NCBI GenBank assembly: GCA_002269645.1
Contig: NIVC01001189.1
Location: forward strand, 248,001 to 312,000
Reading direction: 5' to 3'
DNA: 64,000 nucleotides
From: Macrostomum lignano
Taxonomy: Eukaryota
Within the stretch, counting starts at the first letter, position 1. Each line of letters opens with the position of its first letter. A program made the position numbers and the translations under genes. Shown here piece by piece: positions 52,055 to 60,919 of the stretch. The notes under the pieces were generated by a model that did not search any database, was not told the origin of the DNA, and saw nothing but the letters and a program-made list of their open reading frames with translations.

Positions 52055-52315
52055 ATGTCTGAGTTTGCTATGCAACGTTTGATTCGCATTATTGGCGAGT
52101 TGAAGGAGCGTCTACACGCCGTGGAAGACCGGTCTGTCGGTCTCGAGCGGCGACTGCTTTACTTGGAATCACGATCGGTTTCGCAAGATTATGGGCTACG
52201 TACACTACAAGGTTGGCTGGGCGGAGTGGGGGGCGGCGGCCTCCTCCTGTGTCTACTCCTAGTTCTATTATTCTGCTGCCTCTACCGGCGTCGTTACCAG
52301 GCCCTACCTGCCTAG
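52055..52315 (+). CDS. Antisense accessory ORF (86 aa): coiled coil + C-terminal TM helix + basic tail
   Basis: ATG at 52055, heptad-like Leu spacing, GGGGLLLCLLLVLLFCCL followed by YRRRY, and AATAAA at 52448-52453 on the same strand. Confidence 0.55.
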   Translation: MSEFAMQRLIRIIGELKERLHAVEDRSVGLERRLLYLESRSVSQDYGLRTLQGWLGGVGGGGLLLCLLLVLLFCCLYRRRYQALPA

Positions 52316-52794
52316 TAAGCAAAATGATTGCATTGATTAGATTATTTAATAACAATATATATTCGGGAAGTCTATTTTGTATGTCATAAACATGGTTATC
52401 AATCGGGTGTATAAGTGTCAGTGGGCGTCGAATATCACGACGTTGAGAATAAAGAGTAACATAGAGAATATATCGAGAGATACAATTCGGGTGCAAAAAT
52501 TATCAGGATGAGCAATATTTGTGGATACAATTTGTTTCAAGGTTAATGTGGTTAGTGTTAGATTATATAGCGTTGTAGCTCGCTTCAAAATTCACTTTCG
52601 TTTGGTCTAGTCTTATCCCAAGAGTAGACCGCCCTGCTGTGAGGCTGCATTGAACAAAGGAGCGTACCTGTGGGTGAAGGTGCCTCAGGGATGAGGCGGA
52701 TTGGTATCCCACCAATTCGCTACAACCCTAGGGCAGTATTTCATCCCTTGTATTATCCTTTTGTTCTCTTGCAACCGGGCCTTCCTATAGCACC

Positions 52795-53577
52795 TCAAGG
52801 GTCCAGGTTGGGGCCTTCTGCTGCTTTCAACGCTGTGAAAAGGTGGTGCCATTGTAGGTTGGCCGGTGAATACGCAATCGTGGCTATCGATTGCCGTTCC
52901 TTGGGTTTGATTTCGATGCCGTGATAATTTAAGGTGTTGAGTAGATAAGTGATAAGCATGTCGGCTTGGAGTGATAGTGTGCTGGTCGGTCCACGAGGAT
53001 GGATTAGGGTTGTCGTCACCCTGCTGTTCCATACTATGATACGGAGACAAGAGAACGCAGCTGTGTCGTCGTAGAGGAAAAAGAGCGTCGTGTTGAAGTT
53101 CAAGATAGAATAGTCAGAGAGTAACCAGCGTGGGTCTTTAGGATCTGACAGGATGCGTCGCGTAGTAAGGTGTGTGACGATGTTAGCGGGTATTAGTGGC
53201 ATGTCAAGCATCTGCTGGTGAATGTCAAACAGTTTCGTTTCATCATACCGCGCCGGCTTGCTTTGAACTACCGTCTGTGCCGCCAGAGCTGTTTGGAATC
53301 GCTCTGCGAGTGTTTTAGCCTGGTGGAAATCGTTGCTCGCCGATGTTGCCGTGCTTGCTTGTCGTGGGAGCGTAGGTCGGCGTCGTTGCCATTCCTGTCG
53401 TAGCTTGTCCAGCTGTTGTTCTGTCCATGTTGACATATCTTGCTCGGGCCACTTAGGGTCATCAGTTTCGGTGTGAGATGTTGGCTTGAAGAGAGGTCGA
53501 ACTATAGGACACGGTGTCTGGGTATCTTCGTCTCCCAGGGTACAGTCATCTAGCGTATCGAGCTGTCGGTCATACAT
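52795..53577 (-). CDS. Accessory ORF A (260 aa), unknown function
   Basis: ATG immediately preceded by ...aattactcattataccag (acceptor-like). Long open frame with natural-looking composition and no recognisable domain. Confidence 0.65.
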   Translation of the reverse strand: MYDRQLDTLDDCTLGDEDTQTPCPIVRPLFKPTSHTETDDPKWPEQDMSTWTEQQLDKLRQEWQRRRPTLPRQASTATSASNDFHQAKTLAERFQTALAAQTVVQSKPARYDETKLFDIHQQMLDMPLIPANIVTHLTTRRILSDPKDPRWLLSDYSILNFNTTLFFLYDDTAAFSCLRIIVWNSRVTTTLIHPRGPTSTLSLQADMLITYLLNTLNYHGIEIKPKERQSIATIAYSPANLQWHHLFTALKAAEGPNLDP

Positions 53578-53737
53578 CTGGTATAATGAGTAATTTTAGA
53601 AGGGTAAAATTAAGTATTGATATTTGAGTGAATAGTTAGTGTGGATATCTATATCTAGTGTGCACAGCACGCCAACGAATGAATACGTAAATCAAATAGT
53701 CTTTATAGTCTCTGTACTCTCCCCCCATCTCCTGACA

Positions 53738-56700
53738 TCATTTGTCTAGGAGTATGGGTTTGCTCCTTAGATTGTACTTCTTTCGAACTGTGTCCGCGAG
53801 CGTCTCGTCATCAGCTTGTACGCCCACTTCCTTGCTGAACAGTTGCCGGTGCTGGCGTTGCAGTCTTCGCGGATCACTCGGGCGCAGATCGGGGAGCAGT
53901 ACCTTAGGTGTTGGCGATGCTATTGGCTTTAGCCTGTCCGTGTGCACCTGAAAGGGTTCTTGAGTCGGATCGTCAATTTTCCTTATCATGACGGACGTGA
54001 CACTATTTCTTTTCACAATTTCGTATGGACCCGTGAACTTGGCTTGATGCTTTCCCTGTCTCATTGGGATCTGTAGCATAACTCTGGTGCCTATGGCTAA
54101 TGTAGGGGCCATTCGGTTTTTGTTAGCTCTGCCTGTGTTCTTTTCCTGGGCCACTTTGAGATGGTGTCTGGCTATGTCTCTAGCCAGGGTGATAGCTTCT
54201 TGCATTCGGGCTGCATAGGACGGCTCATCCATGTATCTTACTAGGTTCAGCTGAGTTGTGAGCTCTGTGGGCATCAGGGGTTTCCTTGCGAAAACCAATT
54301 CGAAGGGAGAATAAGTTGAAGAGGATTGCTTGGCTGTATTGTAGGCGTAGATTGTGGCTGATAGATATTTATGCCATTCGTTTGGATTCTCCGCAGTGTA
54401 ATGTCTAAGCATGTTATGTAGGGTAGAGTGTAGTCTCTCTACGTGGTTTGCTTGCGGATGGTAGGTAGACGAGAAGATGTGCTTGACTCCCAGAATTTCT
54501 AGAGCTTCCGCTAATAGCGATGCCGTGAAATTTTTTCCATTATCGGTGGAAATTTCCATCGGGATTCCAAACATACAGAAGACTTGGAACAAAGTTTCGG
54601 CTGTGGTTTCTGCTGATAGATCTGGAATCGGGAATGCAAAGGCGAATTTTGAAAAACAACACAGGATAGTCAGGATGTGGGTGACGGTCTCGTTCCGGAT
54701 TTTCGTGGGGACCATGGGTCCTACTAGGTCTACTGATAGCTTGTCCATTGGTTTCATCGGAATTTCAGGCATTTGGATGAGTCCCTTATGCAGTTGGCCA
54801 GATTTGTTCTTAGCGCAATCCATGCAGTCTTGACAGAAGGTTCGAATATCGGAAACCATTGAGATCCAAAAATAGTGTCGCCTAATTCTTTCTAGGGTTT
54901 TGTCAAAGCCTAAGTGCGCTGCTAGTGGTAGTGCGTGTAACGAGTGGCAGATTGTTTCACGGTACTTGAATGGGAGCACTATTTGTTGGGTGTGATCTGC
55001 TGTCCTGTGAATGATTCCGTGAATATCCGCATAGTCCGATAGATGTCGCTGGATGTGTCTTTTGTATCTCATAGCTAAGCTGTCATCCATGGGCTTTTGT
55101 TCCCATAGTGCTCGAATGCCTTGGCAGAATGGGTCTTCTGCTTGAGCCTCTTTTAAGGCTTGCAGGTGTGGTATCGGGTGCTTGATCGTGACAAAGTTAA
55201 TGGGTGTCTCTTGGTCCTCATATAGTCTTGAGAGTGCGTCTGGGACTGCGTGTTTGGTGGATGCGCCTGGGACGTACTCAATTTGCATTTGAAACTGTTG
55301 TAAATAGAGAAGCCATCTGAGTACCTGATTGTTCCGCAGGGTTTTCCCTGTGAGTAGACCTCTGAGTGGTGCATGATCTATTCTTAGCAATGTGGGTATT
55401 TGTGCTGCGTACAGAAATTGTTCGAATGTCTTGAATGCGTAAAAGACGGCTAAGAGTTCTAAATGGGTGACCGCATATCTTGTCTCTGCCTCTCTCAGTT
55501 GTCGACTCGTGAATGCTATTGGTTTTTCTTTTCCTGTCTCATCTTTCTGTGAGAGCATTGCGCCTATGCCTTTTGTAGAAGCGTCGCTGGAGACAATGAA
55601 CTGTTTATTAAAGTCAGGGTGAGTGAGTCTGAGATCTTCTGCTATCCATTTTTTCATGTCTTCAAAGGTCTGGGTCGCTTCTTCTGTCCACTTTAGTGGG
55701 GTTTTGGATGCTTGAGCCTTAGTGTTCGGTGTGCCCTTAAGCAGGTCTGTGAGTGGCTTGGCTTTCTTGGCGTAGTTAGGTACGTGTTTGCGAAAGAAAT
55801 TGCAGAGTCCTAGGAAACATCTGAGCTGTGTGACATTTTGTGGCTTTGGTACCTTCTGCACTTTGTCGACTAAAGCTCTATCAATCTGTATTCCATTTTT
55901 GTCTATCTTATGTCCTAGGAATGTGATTGTGGGCTTAGCGAATTTGCACTTTTGTAATTTCAACTTCATGCCGTACTTTCCTAGAGCTTCTAGTGTAGCT
56001 TTCAATGTCTCGAGATGGTCTTCAAATGTCTCATTGAAGACAAGTAGGTCGTCTACGTATGTTGAGACTCTGTTAATCCCTTGAAGGATTAAGCTAGCTG
56101 CTCTAGAGAGGGCTGCTGGTGAGGTTTGTAGACCCATTGGGGCTCTGGTGAAGACGTAAGTTTGTCCGTCGGGCGTGGAGATGCCACAATACTTCTGACT
56201 TTCTTCTTCTAGCGCCACTTGAAAAAATGCTTGCGCCATGTCGAGAGTAGTGAAATATTCTGATCCCTTTAATTTGGCTAAGAGGTCTGGGATTCGGGGC
56301 ATGCATTGCCTTTCTGGGACCAGGATTTGGTTGAGGTCCCGAAAATCAACACAGAGACGGTACACTGGTTTGGCTTGAGGCGATTCCGGTTTCTTCTTGA
56401 CCAATAGAATTGGTGAGATGTACGGGGTGGCTGCTTTTCTAAGAATTCCTTGCATTTCCATTCTATCGATGATTTTCTGGAGTTCTCCCGTGAGTTGGTA
56501 TGGGATTGGGTACCGTTTGTTGAGCTTAATCTCCACGTTAGGCTTAATGTGAAGCTCGTGTTTCGCTACATCTGTGTATCCTATTTCCTCCTCGGATAGG
56601 CAAAAGGCTTTCTTGTTGTCCCAGAGAACCTTAATGAGCTGTTCTTTCTGGGATTCTGTCAGGTTGGATCCTTTGAGATCAATGGCGTTCTTGAACTCTT

Positions 56701-59700
56701 GTTCCGTCATTGTTGGGGTTTCTGACTGGATTTCGGCAATTTCAAAGGCTTGGATTTCTGTATCGAAAGATCCTATGTTGGTGTCTGGATATAGTGTCAT
56801 TGGGGTTGCCGATTCGTTTGAAATGATGACTTGAACCTCTCCTGACTCGTCAGGGTATACCAATTCGGGTGTAAGGCAAATGGGTTTCTTCTCTAGGATA
56901 CGTTCGTTGGGTTCGAAAAGCATAGCTGGAGGTAGTTTCTCTCTGGCGATGGCTCTTGCGGAAATTCGAGTTGTTTCCCATGGATTGAGATTGACTGTAG
57001 AGACTAATCTGATGCAGTTAACGGGTTCTTTTGTAGTGATAGCGAGGATGTCATAGCATTTCCCGTTGAGATGGATATTCTGTTGCTGATAGTTTACGAG
57101 CACGCCCTGATTTAGTTGAGATAAGTAATCGATGCCTAATAAGACTTGATAAGTTCCTGAACTCAAATTGGGAATAACGTGGAACTCAACGTCAGCCGTG
57201 GTGTCGCCAGCTTCCACAGGGAGGTTGATCATGCCGGATTGCTGTAGTCGTGAGCCTTGTACTCCTTGCAGTTCAACTGTGGCCGGCTTGAAGGTCCTGC
57301 CGTATCGCTTTGCTGTGGCTTCGTCGATTAAGGATCGTTCGGCTCCACTGTCGATCAGGGCTCGGCAGGATCGCGTTCCCACTTGAAGTCGGGTGATTGT
57401 GTACTTCTGCTTCTGGCCGTTGTTGACCGTCGCCACCATCGGAGGTGGCCAACTGGACTCTATCTTCGGGTAGAGTCCTGTTGATGCTGGTGCTGGTGGC
57501 GTCCACGGTGGCGGGCGCTGTGGTGCCTGTCTGGTTGTCGTGGTCTCCTGCCGCGTGTTCTGGCTTGTCGAGTTCGCTACTAGCGGTGCTCGTAACTCCT
57601 GTAGCTCCTGCTGTTCTTGCTTTGCAGCAGCTTTGCGCTGGATCGTGCGGATGCCAGGACGTTGGTACTTCTGTTTGTTGAGTCTGTGGCAGATAAGGAT
57701 CATTTGGTATAAAAGATATATGTAGAACCCAATGGCAGCTACTCCTACAGCGATATCGAAAAGATTCACTCGCATGCCTAGCCATGGTAGCCAACTTGCT
57801 GGATCAAAGGTGCCTTCCGCTATGGTGGCATCTAACGGTGGAAGATGTATAGAGTGAGAGGTTTCTGACTTGGGCAGTTTGAAAACAGTTCTTAAGAACT
57901 CTCTCTGGTCATTTAGCTGGTTGTACAAGTCGTGTACTGTGACCGGGCTTTTGAGATCGGCTATCCTGATGTCTCCATCAGGAGTGAATATGACATGCTG
58001 AATCTCTGGGGGTTTTATGAGGGTTACCCCCCACGCTTCTCTTTCTAGCTTAGTGACCGTTTGCACAGTAAATTTCGTAAAGTTGAGGTCTGTTTTGTAG
58101 ATTTCGTCTCCTTTTGGTAGGAAATACGACGTTTGGTTAGAGCAATCGTGAAATGGCGGGTGTTCCTTTTGGATTTCCAGGGTTCTAACATCTAGAAAGC
58201 CTGTGTGGTTCATGTTGAATATCGTGAAGGCAATTGGTGGTTTGGTAAAGCAGATATTCTCATCCCATCTTGGTTGGTGAAAACGAAAGTTTCTGATGGG
58301 TAGGCACTTAGAAATGACTACATGCTGTGCTAGCGTGGTGGCTTTTAATTGGCTGTCTTTGAACAAAGTGCGCGCTGCTAGGGTGGGCTGCATAAGAAAA
58401 AGATCTTTTATGTACCGAAACAGTGTTTGCTGATGCTTGCATTGTTGTAGTATCATGTTTCGAGTAAGGTCGCCTATTCTGTCTTCCATTGTGAGTTCTA
58501 GCCCTTGTAATTTTGCTGCTAGCGTTGTGTCCGATGTGAGGTCTCGTTTTGGTCTCTTAGCGGTGCTTGAATTGTTGAATGAACCTTCAATTATGCTGCG
58601 AAACTCTTGGTCTGAGCCGTGCACCTGGACTAGTTTACCTTGTTCCGACTTGTATAGCTTTACTGTCGTGTCTCCACATTGTAAGTCCTTAGTCTGAGGT
58701 GGATGTTTGAATGTGAGGGCAAACGTAGCGTCGTTAGACATGAACCATCCAGTGTGAATTTTGCCTTGAATGAATCTGTCTGTTTGATAGGGGCAGTCTA
58801 TCTCTGCGCTGGGTGTCCATACTAGGCGGTATTGTCTATCTCCTCTCACTGTGTAGCTGAGATCATAGTATTCCATTACGGCCCAGAGTCTGTCTGGTGC
58901 CTGTCGGTTCAGTGGCGAGTCCTTCTCTGCCGTGAGGCTAGTAGTCGTGGTACAGGTTCCTGTCTTGTAGTCGCATTGACCTATAGGGAGGGCTAACGAA
59001 GACATCTTTTTCTCTTCCACAAAGAATGAGACCTGGGTGATTAGGACTGACACTGTTTGAGTGAAGGTTTGAGCTGTACTGGCTGTAGGTTCCAATTCCT
59101 GGGTTGTCCACTTATGGGTAATGAATCTTTTAGCTTGTCCCATAGCCTTAGTTCCTGCTTCTAAAGTCCCATCTTGGGTTCGGGTGTTTTCTTCCCATGT
59201 TTTACAATCGTCCTTCGAAACTGAATGTTGTTGCACAGTAACAGTCATGGCTGGACTTACCACTTGTGATGTTACAACAATCTGTGGCTTACTCGTGAAC
59301 GTGTAGGTCTCTCGGTAACATATCTTCAGTGTAGACCGGTGTGATACCTGGTTCTCCTTGTAGACTGTGATGTTGATCGGTTGCCGATGCTGTTGAATGC
59401 TACTCGGGACTGTGCATTCGATGTCCGGAGGCAATTTGAAGGCTTGAAGGCTGTTCGCTTCTGGGCAGTAGAGTGGTGTGTCCACGTAGCTGCTGTGCTG
59501 TGCCGTTGTTGCGTTGCCAGCCGCGGTGCAGAACAGTGCGAGCAGTACTATTCGCAGCAGCCATCCTGTGGTTGAGGCTGTTCGTCGGCTTTGGCTCCAT
59601 GTCGGTGTAGTTCTCGGCTGTCGAATCGCTATCTGTGGCTTGGGCTCGTCAGTGTCAGGACATTTCTCGATCTTCTGTGGTCGCTCTTGCTTCTCCGTCC

Positions 59701-60919
59701 GGTCGCTCTCGGAGCGCGGTGTTAGTGTCGCCGTCGTGATGTGGCCGATCTTGACCTTGACTGCCTTGCGAAGTTGTCGCTTGGCTTGAATGATGTCGTC
59801 GCGGGTTACCACTGGTTCCGTAACTGTCTCTTCTTGCTTGGTTGACTCTGCTGGAGTGTCCGTCGGTGGCTGTTGCTGAGGCTGCTCCTTGGTTACTTCT
59901 GCGGTTTGCCGTGGTTGCGGTGTTGGTGTCACCGCTGTATTGTAGCCAATCTTGACCTTGGCTGCCTTGCGAAGCTGTCGTCGAGCTTGAATGATGTCGT
60001 CGCGAGTTACCACTGGTTCCGTAACAGTCTCTTCTTCCTGGGTGGACACAGCTAGAATGTCTGCCGGTGGCTGTTGCTGAGGTTGTTCCTCGGTTACTTC
60101 CGCGATTTGTCGTGGTTGCCGTTGCTGATTTGGTCGGCCGTTGTTGTATTGAGGACCTTGGTAGCCGTTATTCCTGTTGCTCGGGTATCCTTGACGCTGA
60201 GCCGGTTGGCCCTGTCTCTGGGGGCTCGGGCGATCGCATTCAACTGTCCAGTGAGACTTCTGCTTACAATGGTGACAATAACGTCGGCACTGAGCGGCCA
60301 AATGGCCAGGCTTACCGCAATTGTTGCAGTTTCTGCTGGTGCCTCTGGCTCCTTGTGGCTGTTGACGGCTGCTTCCTGGGCTGGCGCCTTGCTGTCGGTT
60401 GCGCTGATAGCACCTGTCTGCCGTATGTCCCTGCTTCTGACATAACTGGCAGCTTGTCGCGGCGTTTCCGCTTCGCGGGCGTGGATTGTTCCATGGCTGT
60501 TGCGGTCTGTTGTTCACTGTCTTGATCGTCGCCTCCATCTGGGCGACCAATGCCGATAGCTTGCGGGTGTCCTCGGTTTCTCGCTCAATGTCGTGAAGTG
60601 CTTGCCATTGCAGTGCCTCTCGAGTCATTTCCGTCACTGTTTGATAGCGTCCTCTGGCTAGGTGAAGTCGTAGTGCCGGAACTGCGTTCTGCTGGACGTG
60701 TAGCATGATGTGATCTTGAATGATCCGTTGGTTCCTCTGTCGCCGTAGTGCCGCATCTGCTGCATTTTCTTCTTCCGGGGCTGGTTCTTGATAGACGGAG
60801 TTCTCGACCAGGTTGGTGATATCTGCGATGAATTTGTTGACGTCTTCTCCCGGTTGCATCTTGCGGGATGCCAGTTGTAGAATCGCCGTTGATCGGTCCA
60901 TCCTTCGGGTGTCGAACAT
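53738..60919 (-). CDS. Gag(C-terminal)-Env-PR-RT-RNaseH-IN polyprotein, 2393 codons from the first Met of this frame (frame is open further upstream to ~61115)
   Basis: Three CCHC knuckles 60451-60236; signal peptide 59566-59516; furin RPKR 58555-58544; TM 57754-57689; protease DSG 57352; RT YVDD 56059-56048; RNase H SDAS ~55585; IN HHCC plus DLVGP/TDNG/VERLH (54730/54544/~54440); GPY 54031-54023. Confidence 0.95.
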   Translation of the reverse strand: MFDTRRMDRSTAILQLASRKMQPGEDVNKFIADITNLVENSVYQEPAPEEENAADAALRRQRNQRIIQDHIMLHVQQNAVPALRLHLARGRYQTVTEMTREALQWQALHDIERETEDTRKLSALVAQMEATIKTVNNRPQQPWNNPRPRSGNAATSCQLCQKQGHTADRCYQRNRQQGASPGSSRQQPQGARGTSRNCNNCGKPGHLAAQCRRYCHHCKQKSHWTVECDRPSPQRQGQPAQRQGYPSNRNNGYQGPQYNNGRPNQQRQPRQIAEVTEEQPQQQPPADILAVSTQEEETVTEPVVTRDDIIQARRQLRKAAKVKIGYNTAVTPTPQPRQTAEVTKEQPQQQPPTDTPAESTKQEETVTEPVVTRDDIIQAKRQLRKAVKVKIGHITTATLTPRSESDRTEKQERPQKIEKCPDTDEPKPQIAIRQPRTTPTWSQSRRTASTTGWLLRIVLLALFCTAAGNATTAQHSSYVDTPLYCPEANSLQAFKLPPDIECTVPSSIQQHRQPINITVYKENQVSHRSTLKICYRETYTFTSKPQIVVTSQVVSPAMTVTVQQHSVSKDDCKTWEENTRTQDGTLEAGTKAMGQAKRFITHKWTTQELEPTASTAQTFTQTVSVLITQVSFFVEEKKMSSLALPIGQCDYKTGTCTTTTSLTAEKDSPLNRQAPDRLWAVMEYYDLSYTVRGDRQYRLVWTPSAEIDCPYQTDRFIQGKIHTGWFMSNDATFALTFKHPPQTKDLQCGDTTVKLYKSEQGKLVQVHGSDQEFRSIIEGSFNNSSTAKRPKRDLTSDTTLAAKLQGLELTMEDRIGDLTRNMILQQCKHQQTLFRYIKDLFLMQPTLAARTLFKDSQLKATTLAQHVVISKCLPIRNFRFHQPRWDENICFTKPPIAFTIFNMNHTGFLDVRTLEIQKEHPPFHDCSNQTSYFLPKGDEIYKTDLNFTKFTVQTVTKLEREAWGVTLIKPPEIQHVIFTPDGDIRIADLKSPVTVHDLYNQLNDQREFLRTVFKLPKSETSHSIHLPPLDATIAEGTFDPASWLPWLGMRVNLFDIAVGVAAIGFYIYLLYQMILICHRLNKQKYQRPGIRTIQRKAAAKQEQQELQELRAPLVANSTSQNTRQETTTTRQAPQRPPPWTPPAPASTGLYPKIESSWPPPMVATVNNGQKQKYTITRLQVGTRSCRALIDSGAERSLIDEATAKRYGRTFKPATVELQGVQGSRLQQSGMINLPVEAGDTTADVEFHVIPNLSSGTYQVLLGIDYLSQLNQGVLVNYQQQNIHLNGKCYDILAITTKEPVNCIRLVSTVNLNPWETTRISARAIAREKLPPAMLFEPNERILEKKPICLTPELVYPDESGEVQVIISNESATPMTLYPDTNIGSFDTEIQAFEIAEIQSETPTMTEQEFKNAIDLKGSNLTESQKEQLIKVLWDNKKAFCLSEEEIGYTDVAKHELHIKPNVEIKLNKRYPIPYQLTGELQKIIDRMEMQGILRKAATPYISPILLVKKKPESPQAKPVYRLCVDFRDLNQILVPERQCMPRIPDLLAKLKGSEYFTTLDMAQAFFQVALEEESQKYCGISTPDGQTYVFTRAPMGLQTSPAALSRAASLILQGINRVSTYVDDLLVFNETFEDHLETLKATLEALGKYGMKLKLQKCKFAKPTITFLGHKIDKNGIQIDRALVDKVQKVPKPQNVTQLRCFLGLCNFFRKHVPNYAKKAKPLTDLLKGTPNTKAQASKTPLKWTEEATQTFEDMKKWIAEDLRLTHPDFNKQFIVSSDASTKGIGAMLSQKDETGKEKPIAFTSRQLREAETRYAVTHLELLAVFYAFKTFEQFLYAAQIPTLLRIDHAPLRGLLTGKTLRNNQVLRWLLYLQQFQMQIEYVPGASTKHAVPDALSRLYEDQETPINFVTIKHPIPHLQALKEAQAEDPFCQGIRALWEQKPMDDSLAMRYKRHIQRHLSDYADIHGIIHRTADHTQQIVLPFKYRETICHSLHALPLAAHLGFDKTLERIRRHYFWISMVSDIRTFCQDCMDCAKNKSGQLHKGLIQMPEIPMKPMDKLSVDLVGPMVPTKIRNETVTHILTILCCFSKFAFAFPIPDLSAETTAETLFQVFCMFGIPMEISTDNGKNFTASLLAEALEILGVKHIFSSTYHPQANHVERLHSTLHNMLRHYTAENPNEWHKYLSATIYAYNTAKQSSSTYSPFELVFARKPLMPTELTTQLNLVRYMDEPSYAARMQEAITLARDIARHHLKVAQEKNTGRANKNRMAPTLAIGTRVMLQIPMRQGKHQAKFTGPYEIVKRNSVTSVMIRKIDDPTQEPFQVHTDRLKPIASPTPKVLLPDLRPSDPRRLQRQHRQLFSKEVGVQADDETLADTVRKKYNLRSKPILLDK
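57689..59566 (-). other. Envelope glycoprotein domain (class III fusogen, gB/chuvirus-G-like) inside the polyprotein, ~aa 452-1078
   Basis: Hydrophobic leader WLLRIVLLALFCTAAG, Cys-rich ectodomain with N-glycan sequons NAT, NIT, NNS/NSS, NHT, NQT and NFT, furin site RPKR, gB-like QPTLAARTLF...VISKCLPI, and a C-terminal TM helix. Confidence 0.8.

Noticed and set aside
57273-57794. Overlapping 173-aa minus-strand ORF across the Env TM/PR junction, and other alternate-frame ORFs within pol
   Set aside because: These are best explained by codon bias of the main frame; no independent signal is seen.
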